DNA of 64,000 nucleotides from Antechinus flavipes (lineage: Eukaryota), in assembly GCF_016432865.1 (NCBI RefSeq), contig NC_067398.1:337094001-337158000 (forward strand), read 5' to 3'. The notes beneath the pieces are model-generated. The model searched no databases, was not told the DNA's origin, and saw nothing but the letters and a program-made list of their open reading frames with translations. Numbering within the stretch: the stretch's first letter is position 1; each line of letters opens with the position of its first letter. Of this stretch, positions 1 through 28,428 are shown piece after piece. The position numbers were made by a program, and so were the translations under genes.

Positions 1-12
1 GTGAATCTCTCT

Positions 13-674
13 CTTTTTTTTTTTTTAATTTTTATTTAATAATTACTTTATATTGACAGAATCCATGCCAGGGTAATTTTTTTACAACATTATTCCTTGC
101 ACTCGTTTCTGTTCCGATTCCCCCCCCCTCCCCTAGATGGCAAGCAGTTTTATATATGTTAGATATGTTGCAATATATCCTAGATACAATATATGTTTGC
201 ACTACTGAACAGTTCTCTTGTTGCACAGGGAGAATTGGATTCAGAAGGTAAAAATAACCCGGGAAGAAAAACAAAAATGCAGATAGTTCACATTCATTTC
301 CCAGTGTTCTTTCTTTGGGTGTAGCTGCTTCTGTCCGTCATTTATCAATTGAAACTCAGTTCTCTTTGTCAAAGAAATCCACTTCCATCAAAATATGTCC
401 TCATACAATATCGTTGTCAAAGTGTATAATGATCTCCTAGTTCTGCTCATTTCACTTAGCATCAGTTCATGTAAGTCTCTCCAGTCCTCTCTGTATTCAT
501 CCTGCTGGTCATTTCTTATAGAACAGTAATATTCCGTAAATTCATATGCCACAATTTACCCAGCCATTCTCCAGTTGATGGGCATCCATTCATTTTCCAG
601 TTTCTAGCCACTACAAACAGGGCTGCTACAAACATTTTGGCACATACAGGTCCCTTTCCCTTCTTTAGAATTTG
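13..674 (-). mobile_element. 5'-truncated L1 (3'UTR plus ORF2 end) with TSD
   Basis: Poly-T then L1 3'UTR. ORF2-like [35 protein letters not shown] occurs at 1-12 and 675-686. Confidence 0.9.
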
Positions 675-742
675 GTGAATCTCTCTTTGGAGAGAAAGGA
701 GAACACAGGCCACATCAATATCTCCTCTCCCTGTTGTTGCAG

Positions 743-3700
743 GTGAATGAAGTGACCTTTAGCCCTACTGAGTCCCACTGTGCTACTTGTGGTGATGATG
801 GCAGTGTGCGAGTCTGGTCCTTGGCCAGCATGGAGCTGGTGGTACAATTCCAGGTGCTAAATCAGGTACTTATGGGACAGCTAAGGGATATATAATCACA
901 TTTCCCTTGGGGCTGGGGACTGTCCCTCATCACAGGGTGCTCGTCTAAATTGGGAGTGTGTTCTAGCCCTAGCCTGGGTTGTGCTTCCTGACTTGGGAAG
1001 GGGGAGCTGAGACCTTATGTCTTTTTACTCTTAAGGAGCCTAGGGAGATAGTTTTCTTACAGGGACTGAAATAGGGGGAAGGAGTGGATCTAACAGGATG
1101 AAATTTAGCAGGGATAAATAGAAGATTATATATTTGTAAAAGATTGTACAGGAATAGAAGGGAGAGATGTGGCTAGAAAGAAGTTGATGTAGAAGAGACC
1201 AGAGAGTCTTACTGTTTAGCAAATTACCCTTCTCTTTTGTAGATATGGGGTAAAAGAGTGTGATGTGATAGAGAAGCTTATTCTGTATTGCAGTTTAGAC
1301 TGCATTAATAGAAGCAGAGTTTGCATAATGAAGGAAGTGATAGCTGGAGGTAGCTTGTCCAAGAATGTCTCTTTCTCTTAGAGTTGCTTGTGTCTGGCCT
1401 GGAGTCCATCAGCCCATAGCAGCAGAAGTGAACACCAGCAAGTGGTGGCAGGCTACAGTGATGGCACAATCCGTGTATTCAGCATTTCCCGGACAGAGAT
1501 GGAACTGAAGATACACCCTCACCCTGTAGCACTGACAGCCATCTCCTTCTCTGTGGACGGTGAGGGTTAACCCAGCATTTTCTCTGGGAATCAGGTACTG
1601 GCTTCCATGGGATTTCAGCCCTTTCTAAATGGCAGAAAGTTTAGGAGATCCCTCAGACTGCTAGAGCTGAATTTTCCCTGTGGTTTCCAATGGTTGTCAT
1701 AGGAGTGGGAAAGAGCACTGGGGCTGGTGATGTTGAACTCACCACTTCAAGTGTGTGTAAATATGGCAGAGTCCAAGTAGCCCTGGAATCATAGTCAGGA
1801 GATGTTGGCTCCATCTCTGTAATCACCTATTAGTTGGATAGTCTCACACAAATCACATAGCCTTCCTCAGCTTCCTTTTTTCTGTCCCTTCTGCTCCACT
1901 TGGTGGTTGTGATAAGAGCATGTTGTGAGTTATAAAGCACTAGGTAATTGTGAATTAGGGCAACTAGGTGGCACAGAGTCTTAGGTTTGGAGTCAGGAAG
2001 ATCTGAGTTTAAATGCAGCTTCAGACACTTAGTAGCTGTGTGACCATTTCAAACTATTTCAGTGTCTTTGCCAAGAAGGTATCAAATGAGATTACATAGA
2101 GTTGAACACTCTCTCTCTCTCGCTCTCGCTCTCCCTCTTGCTCTCGCTCTCTCACTCTTGCTCTCTCTCATCCCTCTCCAACCACCCCCCTTCCTTCTCC
2201 TCTCTCTCATATATATATGAAAAATACTTTTTCAAGACCATCTGTAGTTATTTTCCTTCTGTGCAGAGAATTTTTAATTTGTATATTTTCTAATTGCCTA
2301 ATCTTGAATGATCTTTGATTTCTTTCTTTGAACCTTAGTTTCCCCATCTATAAAATGAAATGAAGATTTTAATCTTTAAATCTATGTTTAATGTTATCCT
2401 CTTTGTACTTATCCCTCCCTCACAACTTCAAAATGTCATCAATCAGAATTTTCAATTTTCAATTTTTTTAAATTTTAAAATACATCTAAGGAACCTTATT
2501 ATTTCACATGACTTAGTTTAATCATAGGAGCAGAAAATCCTTTTTTTTTTTAAAATAACTTTTTATTGACAGAACCCAGAATTTTTTACAGCATTATCCC
2601 TTGCACTCACTTCTGTTCCGACAGAAAATCCTTATAGTTCCTCCTTCTTCCCAAGAAACAGTTAGAGGGGGAAGCTAGGTGGTGCAGTGGATAGAGCACC
2701 CGCCCTGAAGTAGGAGGACCTGAGTTCAAATCTTATCTCAGACACTTCCTAGCTGTGGGTCCCTGGACAAGTCACTTAACCCCAATTACCTCAATAAAAA
2801 ACAAAAACAAAAAACAATTAGAGCTTCTTATTCCCTTCTTTGCTGTGATACAGACAACATTTCACCCAGCTTCTCCTTCCTATGCTTTCTTCCCTCTTTC
2901 CAAACCCCTTTTTATATAGGCTTCTACTACAAAGTAAGAGTGACCCCTCAGCACACAAGCATCAAACCTTTCTAAAAACATTTTATTTGTTTTAATCAGC
3001 CAAGATATAGCTTCTCAAACTTTCTCCATCTCTAAATGAGAACTCAAGAAAAACAAAACCCATGACAAACATATCAAAACATATCAATTGGTAATTAAAA
3101 AAAAAATTTCCCCATTGGTCATATCCAAAAAAGATTTTGTTTTATTCTGAATTCTGAACCTTTCACTTCTATTAGGAAGTGGCTAGCATGTTTCATCATT
3201 AGTCCTTTGGAATTCTAGTTGATTGTTATACTAATAAAAAATAGTTCATTACCATATCATCATATTTATTATATCATCATTTATTCATCCATTCCCCAAT
3301 TTATGAGCATTCCCTCACATTCCCATTTTTTGTCACCTTAAAAAGATATATGAATATTTGCTTTATTTGCTAAGAAGTAATCCTGAAATCTGCCCTCCCT
3401 ATAATTCTCTTTCATCCTTTCTCTTTCTTTCTTATTTTCTTATTGAGTGAAGTGTGTATGTTGTATTTCCTCTTTTGAACAGTTCAGATGAAGTGAGGTT
3501 TAAGTGTCGGTTGCTTCCTCATACTCCCCCTTCTTGCTTGTATAGATTTCTACTTATGAACCCTGACTATATAATTTTCCCTAACCTTCCTTTCCTCCCA
3601 CAGTGTATTCCTCTTCTCTTTCCATTTTTTCATAAGATCATCAAGATATAATTGAAACATTCCCAAACCTTCCGTCGTTTAAACTCCTTCTTTGATCCTT

Positions 3701-6700
3701 GATGAAAATTGGGTTCATCTCTCCATATTAGAATGAAAGCAATTTATACTTGTATATCTATTATAGTTGGTTTACTTTTTTATATTTCTCTTGACTCCTG
3801 TTATTTTCACTTCAGAGTTTTATGTAACTCTGATCCTTTCATCAATGATGCTTAAAAGCACTCTATTTCTTTAAAAATACATTTTTCTCCTGTAAAATTA
3901 TACTGTTTTGTTGGCTGTTATTCTTGGCTGTAAGCCTATATCCTTTATCTTCTGGAATGTTGTATTTCAAGTTCTCTGCCCCTTTATGGTGGTGCTTACT
4001 AAATAGTGTGTAATCCTGAATATTGTACCTTGGTACTACTTGAATTCTGACTGTTTGCAGGAATTTTTTTTTTTTTTTGGAAGCTTTGAATTTTAGTTCT
4101 GATGTTGTTGAGAATTTTCATTTGGGAGTATCTTTTGGGAAATGACTGGTGGATTCTTTCTGTTTCCTTTGCCCTCTAATTCAAAGAGATCTAGACAGTT
4201 TTCTTTTAAAATTTCTTAAAATATCATATCTAGACTATTTTATTAATCAAGGTAGTCAGATAATCCAATGATTCTTAAATTTTTTTTCTTCTCTATTTTC
4301 CAGATCAGTTGTTTTGTTATGAGATAGCCTACATTTTCTTTTACTTTTTTCAGCCTTTTGACTTGATTTAAAATTTCTTGTTTCATGGAGACCTTGGCTT
4401 CTATTTGGTCCATTCTAATTTTTAGGGAATTTGTTGTTTGGACAAGATTTTGTACCTCTTGCACTAAGTGGTTAGTTCCTTTTTGAATTCTTTCTTCCAT
4501 TGTTCTCATTACATTTTCAATTTCTTCCTCATTCTCATTCCATTTATAAAAACCATTTTTGACTTTTTTCTATTAATCTTTTGCTCCATCTTCCAGGAAT
4601 TTTAGTTGAGTTTTTCTCCACCCTCTGTTTTACTTTGAGGCATTGTTGGTAGATATCTTGGAGTCATGTTTGTCTTCTGTGTCTTGAGCAATTTCGCCAC
4701 TATAATATCTCATTATGATGGGATCCTTTTTTGTTTGCCCATTTTTCAATCTATCTCCTGACTGCAGACTTGTTTTTTCTCTTTTTTTTGTAAAAGCATT
4801 TTATTTAGACAACTGAAGACAATTAGATTTTCAGAAGCAGTGTGGTCATTTAAAGAGAAATCAAACCAAATAGTTTATGATGTATTCCATTTTGTACAGC
4901 TAAAGCAAAAGTTTTCCTGCCTTTAGAAAGAGTCAGTAAAATAAACATTAAATTTTGTTTCTCCATAGTAAGGTAAAATGGTTACAAGAAATCCAACTGA
5001 AAAAGGAAAAAATTTAATGGTCACTTACATATATTCATTCAAAAAAGCATTAAGAAATTAGTCTGAGTGACCAAATTCTATTTGCATATTTTTGTTTTCT
5101 CAGTTTTCACTTAGAAATAACATCATCCTGGCTCTACTTTCAGTATTAATATTATACAAGTTTTGTTTTTTTCCCCCTTTCCTTTATTTCTTAGCAATAG
5201 CTAGAATTTCTTTTTAAAAAAATATTATCTTTTGTTTTTATCCACATTTTTTCAATGTATATCTCTCCCCTCTTCTCTTCCCAGAGAGTCATCCTTTTTA
5301 ATAAATAATAAAAAAGGGAGTGTTGGGGGTCCTGCAGTAAAGTAAACAAAACATTGGGCACGCTCTTAGGTTGCATGTAACATTTCATCTCTCAAATCCC
5401 ACACTTTATGCAAAGAGCTATAAATCTGTGCATACTATTTGCTCCACCAGTCAAGACAATCCTAATAGACTTCGAATAGAAAATGTAATCCACATCCAGA
5501 GAGAGAACTATAGAGACTGAATGTGGATCAAAGCATAGTATTTTTACCTTTTGTTTTTTCCTTCCTCGTGATTTTTTTTCCCCTTTTTGGATTTTTTTTT
5601 TAGCACATCACGTGCACATGTTTAACCTATATCAGCTTGCTTGCTGTCTTGGGGAAGGAAGAGGTAGATAAGGGAGTGAAGGAGAAAAATCTGGAATACA
5701 AAGTTGTTTTTCTTTGTCTCGAGAATTTCATTTTCTTTCTTCCTGAGTTAACTCCTTTGAAAAATTTTAAATTGTGAGATTCCACCTGTCCCCTTTTAAG
5801 AGAATATTTTCAGTGAAATTCAGTGACCAGCTAGTGTAATCTACATGATATATGAAATGAATACATGAAAGGAATGCACACTGGAACATAACAAGTGATC
5901 ATCCAGCTCTAAAGTCTCCATTGCCCATTGTCTTCACCAACCAAGATGCTTCAGTTCAACTATCCACTCTTGTAGATAAACAGTTGTTTCCATTCCTGAC
6001 AGAAGACTTTATCTTCTTAGGTCTATCTTTTGGCAGTTTAGTTTTCTGCTTTAGTTTCTGTCCAGGGGCTCCATGCTGTGAGAACTACAATGTTTTCCCA
6101 TCATTTTGGATCCACAGGTCAGATCATTATTTCTGGAGACAAAGATGGAATTGTGGCTGTGAGCAGCCCAAGGACAGGAATTACCATAAGAGTGCTGGAT
6201 GACCACAAAGGCTCTCCTATCACTGTGATCCAGAGCAAAAGCAGAGAGGTAAGGTCAGGTAATAATGTGCAGTAAACATTGGGTTTTAACCACTGTAACC
6301 CAGCTTTACTTAAGACCCTCCTGAAAAAGAGTCTCAGACTAGTTTGGTGAAGTATAATTGATAGGATGGCCAATGTGGAAATGTGTTTTGGGTGACGTTA
6401 TATAAATAATGGATGTTATGTATTTTTGTCTTCTTGATGGGGCAGAATGAAGTAAGAGAATTTAGAACTAAAAATAAAAATTTTAAATAAATAAAAGAAC
6501 TATAACTAATAGAGAGCTGGAGGCTTATTTTGTGGAAGTCTTATTGTGTCATTTTCTAACTCTTAAGAGCCTATGACTAGATCTCTCTTTCCTTCATTCT
6601 CTAGTACTATGACTTTGGTTTGGAAGGTGAACTATGGTTGGCTGCCAGTGCAGATCGAAGAGTTAGTGTCTGGGCTTCAGATTGGCTCAGAGACAAATGT

Positions 6701-9700
6701 GAACTTGTTGATTGGCTAACCTTTCCAGCCCCCAACAACCCAAAGGTAAGAGTGTTCAGCTTGGTTGTTTTTTTGGGCAGGTGGGGTGATATCACTGATC
6801 TCTCCCCTGATCTTTCTCACTTTTGATTTTTCCCTACAGATCGCTACTAACTTACCTCCTTCTCTAGCTGCTTTCTGCCCTTGGAACAGCAGCATGCTAA
6901 TCTATGTCGGCTTTGGGTTGAAGGAGGAGGTCCTCTTCTACAGCCTCCATCAGAAACAGGTACTAGTGCATCTTCCAGAAAAAGACTGGGCAGGCCAAGA
7001 TAAGGAATGCCTGTTTAAAAGGGTGATCTTTGCACCACAGACCTATTTAGGCCACAGTATAAAAGAGATCACAGCCTTGCTGAGTCTTTGTGATAGGGCA
7101 CCATGTGGCCTGGGGTAGGTAGATTTAAGTCAGCATCACTGAGCAGGGCCAGGAGGTTAAAAAGAGATGCCATTTCTTACTTCAGACTTTAAGATCCTAG
7201 AATATGCCCAAGCACAGCACTGATTATGAAGCCAGTAGAACCGAATAAAAAAGCATTTCTCAGCAGTCTGGGCCTCCCTTTTGGTGGCCATCAGTACACA
7301 ACTGCATTGCTACCTGTTGGCTCAACACAGTGTGACACTCTTTTTCTATCTTCAGGTTGTAGAGAGGATCCCCTTGTCTTACTTTGCGACCTCCCTCTGC
7401 CTTTCCCCAGGATCATCTCTCATAGCTATTGGATACTGTGGTAAGTTTCTCCTCAGCCTTAAAATAGGGAAAGGGCACCAGAGCTCTGCTGTGGGCCTAT
7501 ACTTGAAATCTGAAAACTTCTGGAAAGTACTGTTGAGGTTCAGCAGGAAACCCCAAGAAATTGGGGTTGCAGAGCAGTGTCACGAGGTCTCAAACCCATC
7601 TCCATGTCAAGGGGCAAAGTTTGTTGTAATTGTAATACCAATTGAAGCAGGCGAAGTTCCAAAAGGATTTAGCAAAGAACCAGGAGAAAGATGATAAATT
7701 TATAGGACAAAGTAAAGAGAGCAGAGCTTCATGTTACTAATATGCTAATTTTATAGCAAAGAGGTAGATTTTGGGGGTGGTCTATTCACTGTAGTCTTCA
7801 GAAACTGTCGGGCCTGATCACTGACCAGCAGATTAACTGACAGTCAGCAATGTTTGTAGGACTTTCCTAAGGTCAGAAGACTTCAGAATCATTAACAGAC
7901 AGATTGTTAGAACAGTAACACTCTATGAACCTCAGGATCACGGTTATATTTCCCTAAGAAGCTGTACTCCCTTCAGTACCATGCCTTACATGACATTGGA
8001 TTTCTCTACTCTCCTTCACTCCTATTCTTTCATCCCCACTGGCAGAAACTGGTTTGATTAATGTTATAGTTTTTCTCCCTGTTGAAGAAGACATATTTGT
8101 TGGGAATTTAGTTTGCTCAACAATCCAGGCTTTTTTCAGGAGTTGAGGTAGGTGTTAAGAATTCTGACTTTTGTTATCTACCTAAAGGAAATCTAAATCT
8201 CTAAATAGGATAGGGCTTTTCATATTGCAATCAATTCAATTCAGTAAACACTTATTCTGTACCTACTGTGTGCTAGGCTTTGGGAATACAGAAAAAGGCA
8301 AAAGACATTTCCTGCCTTCATTCAAACCAAAGGGAAGCCAGGCAAATAATTATATGCAAAGCAAGCCATATAGAGTGTAAAAAGGAAATAATTAACAATG
8401 GAAAAGCACTGAGGTTGAGGAAGGTTTCCTGATGGAGGTGAGAATTTTAGTTGGAACTTAAAGAAAGCCAGAAAGTTCAGTTTTTGGAGCCAAGGAGATT
8501 GAATGTTCTAGGCATGGGGGACAGCCAGCAAGAATGCCTTCAGCTGAGAAATGTATCTTGTTTGTGCAACAGCCAAGAGACCTGTGTCAGTGGATTGAGG
8601 AGTATATGTTGGGAGGTAGGGGATAAAAGACTGGAAAGGCAGGAAGAGACTAGGTTATGAAGGGTTTTGAATGTTATGCAAAACATTTTTTATTTGATCC
8701 TGGAAGTGATAGAGAGAAACTGAGTTTTATTGAGTAGTGGGGTAACATGATCAAATCTGCACTTTAGGAAAATCACTTTAGTGGCAGAATACAGGGTGAA
8801 TTGGAGAGCACTGAGGCTGACCAACCTACCGGCAGTCTATTGCAATAATCTGAAGTAATGTAAAGAGGGCCTGCCCCAGAGAGTGACAGTATCAGAGGAG
8901 AGAGGAGAGCTTATTCCAGTAATATTGCAATGGTAAAATTGACAGTTTTGGCAATCGTTTAGATATGAGAGGTGAGAGATAGGAGTCCAGGAAAACTCCT
9001 AGATTGAGAGTCTAAGGGACTGGGAGGATAGTCTTACTCTCTATAGTAATATAGTATAGTAGGATTTAGGGGGAAAGACAATGAGTTTTATTCTGGACAT
9101 ACTCAGTTTAAAATGTGTACAAGGCAACCAGTTTGAGATGTCTGAAAGGCAGTTTGAGCTGTGAAGGTGGAAGTCAGCAATGAAATTGAGTCAGAAAAGG
9201 TAAATTTAGAAATCATTGGCATAAAGAGAAATCCATGGGAGCTGATGTAAGTGAAGTAGTATTGAGGAAGAAGAGAAGAGGGTCCTGAAGGTCAACAACA
9301 GTGAGATGGATACAGCAGAGGAGTGATCAGATAGGTAGGAGGGGAACCAGGAGAAAGCCTTCTCCTGAGAGTATCAGGGAGAGAATGATCAATAGGCTGC
9401 CAAGAGGTTGAGAAAGTGAGGATTAAGGAAGGATTGGATTTGTCAGCTAAGAGGTCATCTGCAACTTTGGGGAGGCCGGTTTCAGTGGAATGATAAGGTT
9501 GTAAGCTAGATTGAGGAGTGAAGGGAGAAAATAGAGGAACAGATTGTAGATATCTTTGGAGGAGTTTGGCTACAAAAAGTAGAAAAAAGTCTAGGACCAT
9601 ATTTAGCAAAGATAAGAGGATTGGAGAGGGAGGTTCAGAATAGGGGAGATATGAGCATGTTTGTTTATTGTTGTGGTTGAATTGTTTTAGTCATGTCTAG

Positions 9701-10469
9701 CTCTGTGACCCCATTTTCTTGGCAGAGATACTGGAATAATTTTGCCATTTCCTTCTTCAGCTCATTTTACAGATGATGAAGGTGGTCAAACAGGGTTAAG
9801 TGACTTTCACAGAGTCACACAGTAAGCATCTGAGACTGGATTGGAACTCAGGTTCTCCTAACCCTACTCCAGTGCCCTCGCTACTGTGCTACCTAGCTGC
9901 CTGAGCATGTCCTGCTGAAACCCCTGCCCATGATGAAATGCTTACTTCTGTAGGCCTCTGCATCAGAATCAAGGGTTAGGGCTGAGGGGGTGGAATGGAT
10001 GAATTTCAAGGAAAATTCCCTTTATCAGAGATTCCCAATTCTGATAATTAGGATCAACATGATTTTCTCAGCCTAGATTGGCTAGATCACTCCTGAGGTT
10101 CGGCGTCAGATTAGAAAAACAACTTTTAAACCACCAAATTGTTTAGTATGATTTGAGTATCTTTCTTTTGCTGCTTTCTCAGGCTACCATAAAGTAGCTC
10201 AGATCCTAAGGGAAGAGACATAAGACTCTGCTGTTTACTCTTATGTACCCACAGAGCGATTGCTGAGGCTGATTGACTGTATGTCGAAGACTGAGCAAGA
10301 CTTTGTGGGGCACAACGATGCTGTCCACCTCTGCAGATTCACACCATCTGGCAAACTGCTCTTCACAGCAGCTTACAATGAGATCCTTGTGTGGGAGGTG
10401 CTGAGCCTGGGAGCAGTAGCATCCAGAGAAACCAAGAACATCCCTCTTAGACCTCAGATAGCCACATAG
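743..10469 (+). CDS. WDR90: WD repeat protein 90, last 7 coding exons (5' part lies outside the window)
   Basis: Exons 743-865, 1382-1559, 6118-6248, 6605-6745, 6840-6959, 7356-7440, 10255-10469. All GT-AG and phase-consistent. Translation VNEVTFSPTESHCATCGDDGSVRVW...LPPSLAAFCPW...GHNDAVHLCRFTPSGKLLFTAAYNEILVWEV matches the recalled WDR90 C-terminus. It lies directly upstream of RHOT2. Confidence 0.93.
2104..2220. repeat. (CT)n-rich microsatellite followed by (AT)n
   Basis: Directly visible. Confidence 0.85.
2543..2621 (-). mobile_element. About 80-bp L1 3'-end insertion
   Basis: Poly-T plus L1 3' terminus. TSD CAGAAAATCCTT at 2531-2542 and 2622-2633. Confidence 0.85.
2668..2811 (+). mobile_element. 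tRNA-derived CORE-SINE (WSINE1-like)
   Basis: A box GGTGGTGCAGTGG, B box GAGTTCAAATC and A-rich tail. TSD AAACA(G/A)TTAGAG at 2656-2667 and 2812-2823. Confidence 0.85.
3000..4770 (-). mobile_element. Old degraded L1 fragments including an ORF1-like coiled-coil remnant
   Basis: ORF 4243-4509 (-) resembles an L1 ORF1 coiled coil, and the flanks are L1-like. Boundaries are approximate. Confidence 0.6.
4782..5160 (-). pseudogene. Candidate 5'-truncated retrocopy of an mRNA 3'UTR (parent unknown)
   Basis: The minus strand ends AATAAA-ATGCTTTTAC-A8. AT-rich, UTR-like sequence that I do not recognise as a repeat. Possible degenerate TSD TTGT(6-7)C. Confidence 0.5.
8228..9600 (-). mobile_element. 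Old L2 LINE fragment
   Basis: Typical L2 3' end (CAATTCAATTCAGTAAACACTTATT...CTACTGTGTGCTAGGC) and a purine-rich body. Boundaries are approximate. Confidence 0.7.
9660..9903 (-). mobile_element. MAR1/MIR-type CORE-SINE
   Basis: CORE motif CTCATTTTACAGATGATGAA...GGTTAAGTGACTT, reverse-complement B box and an RTE-like tail. Confidence 0.75.
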
Positions 10470-11092
10470 ACTTGGATTCTCAGGGGACCTTTCCGTCCAG
10501 TTTGCTGATCTGACTGTGGCTCAGTTAAAACTTGTTCCATAAATCACATAGCTCATCCTGGCCAAAGGAAGTCAGCTGCAGTCAGGGACTGAGAACTGAC
10601 TCTTCACAAACTTATTTGATAAACCCAGTGGGTAAGGTGAGAAGGCTGGACCATTTTCCTCACCAGGGTAAAAGCTAAATCTACTGATCAGGTACACAGT
10701 AGCATTGGCTTATTCATGTTCCAGAATGTTCCTGTCATCCTAGCCTCTCCCCCAATCATTTTCAATGATCTAGCTCTCCAGAAAAACTGCCCCTAAAGGA
10801 AAATGCTCTGATAACAGAGCAGCCCAATCAATTGGATCTGTGTTAAATGGGCCTGTATTTTATATATATGTGTCTGTTTTTCAATATGTGTTTTTGCATT
10901 AAGATAATCCATTTTGAGGTCTTCAGCTGTGGGCCTGCAAGACTTGATGCTAAGCCAAGAAACAATTTTTATAAAGCACACAGGCCAAAGCTGCTGACTT
11001 AAATGTTATGGAAATATGTAAAATACTTGCTGCCCTTTTATTTGTAGGGTTTTTTGTTTTTTTTTAATGTTTCTATACTTGTACAGTTTTGA

Positions 11093-11098
11093 AATAAA
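11093..11098 (+). terminator. Probable WDR90 poly(A) signal AATAAA
   Basis: AATAAA about 620 nt after the stop, preceded by U-rich sequence and upstream of the RHOT2 CpG island. Confidence 0.55.
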
Positions 11099-11968
11099 AG
11101 TGGGTGTTTGCAGTCTGGCTGAAAGCCTCAGTTGTCAGCTCCTTCCTGGAGAATTTTAGGTGATCGTGTTCTTTTCTCAGTTCCTCTTCTCTAAAGAGAA
11201 GAGGAACCCCACTTTGCCCCCTTGACCTATTGTGAGGAAGAGGAGAAAACTTCATGAACTCCAGTGAAAAGATTTGTGGCTTTGCTGGGAGAAGCCAGAG
11301 GTTGCTGCAAGGGCTCCTGCCTGATTCTTCAGGCCCTCAGCCTCTTGCTTCCCCTTCTCCCCCTACTTCCATTATCCCTATCTTGCAGATGAAGTCAGTC
11401 GGAGTGGGGTTAGGAGCCTCCCAGGAGGCATGCCGGCCCACTATCAAGCTGCCATCCTTAGCACTCACCAACTCCAGCTTCTTCCAGGGGCCCTCCAGCG
11501 CACAGTCCCAGGCAGGCACCTACCTGGTCTGTTGATTGGGAGCGACTTTTCTCTTGGCCAAGTAGCTAGTGTCAGACTCAAGGCTCCTTACCCCAAGGCC
11601 AGTGCTCGTTTTTTGTTTTTGTTTTTTTCGAAAAAATCATTTTCCACCCGCCGAAACAGCCCCCCTTCAGACATGACAGTGGGCATGACTGTAGGTGCAT
11701 GCCTCGTTCTGCAGCGGCAGAGAACTTGTAAACACTTGCGCTGAGGCCTATGAGGACCGGCGAGAGCCGCCTGGGTGCAGTGCCCATCGTGGAGCACGAG
11801 ATGGCGCCGCTGCATATGCGCCGTGGCTGCTGGGAGCCGCTCTAGGCCGGGAGCTGGCTCCCGGGCGCTCTCTGGTGCAGGTTGGCGGGCCGGGCAGAAG
11901 CTGGGCCGGAAGTGCGGTTTGAGGGTGGCCCCGGCCGGCAGAGTGGAGCCGTGGCCTCTCCTGCAACC

Positions 11969-27095
<15,127 letters not shown>

Positions 27096-28290
27096 GGGGA
27101 GGGTCTGGGTCCCACCAGACACTGTTGCTGTAATTGGCTCCTCTTCACCATCCTGCCAGGGCAGATCAGGCTGCCCCTATCCTGGAGGAACACTCCCTGA
27201 TGAGCTCTGCCTACCTCTGCCTCAGAGCCTGTTCTATAGCCTGGACTGGTGTTTCGTGATACACCCACCTCCCACTTCCCTTCCCCCCCCATCTCCTCTA
27301 AACTCAGTGTTCCCAATCTCAGGGTCCTTGGGAGGGACTGAGAAAGCAGATGGACCTCCTTCAGATCATAGCTTATATTTTTAGAGTTTTTACAGTTTTC
27401 AGGCTCAGTCACCTAAAGAAGCCATCTAACTCAGAAAAGAGTTGGCTTCAGGAAGTAGGATCTCTATCTTTCCGGCTTGATTTTAGGCTAACACATGTGA
27501 GGGGAAGGGAACCAGCAAACTCCAGAGAAAGCCTATGGTAGTCAACAGGAAGATATTTCTTTCTGACCCCAACTTTCAGCCTAGGCTTACAGTGGGGAGA
27601 GTTGACACCCAGAAAGACTACAGAAATACAGCCTTCGGGGTTCTCAGCAGTACAAATTTCTCTCCGTTAGTCACAAACTGGGCCCCGGCCCATGCTTACT
27701 CATCTGTATCTGACACACTGATTCCCAAAGTAGTATCTCTAGCAGGATTCTAGGCCACATCTTTTCTCCTTAGCTGGCTAAAATATTCTTGCATCTCCAT
27801 CTTCCTCCTCCCAGCCTCATGCCCTTGGCCTCTCCTTGACTGTAGAGTGCCACGTGCTTTGCTCTGCTCTAGGGGTTTGTGCCATGCTGGCATTACAGGA
27901 TTAGGGAATTCCAAAAGAGCCTGTGGTGGGGAGGCATGTGGCCTCAAACCTGGAATTCTCCTTAGCTAGCCAAACTTTCCTTTCCTGCTTTGGAGCTCTA
28001 AGGTTTCCTAAGCTGAAGTATATGCTGAAACTTGGATCTAAGATTGAGGATAGGGTTGGGGGACAGTATCTGGGGTGAGGGAGACCATTAGGATTTTTCC
28101 ACCACGAGTGACCCAGATTTTGGTCTGATGAAATAATCAACCCTCATTTATCACTTCAGTATGCATATCCATTAGGGCATGAAAAAAAGAGTAATTTTGT
28201 TTCCCATTTAAACTGGAAATTTTATATTTTCTATTGCTGGGACTTCACACTTTGAAAAGTGACTTTTTATGTCAGATTTCTTCATCCTCA

Positions 28291-28293
<3 letters not shown>

Positions 28294-28326
<33 letters not shown>

Positions 28327-28428
28327 AGGCAGTTTTAAGTGACTTGCCCAGGGTCACACAGCTAGAAGTGTTAAGTATCTGAGGCCTGCAGGGCCGGTGC
28401 TTTATCCACTGCGCCACCTAGCTGCTCC
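28294..28428 (-). mobile_element. WSINE1-like SINE with internal deletion and 29-nt poly(A)
   Basis: T29 at 28294-28322. TSD CATCCTCAG(C/T)CTT at 28283-28295 and 28429-28441. Confidence 0.85.
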
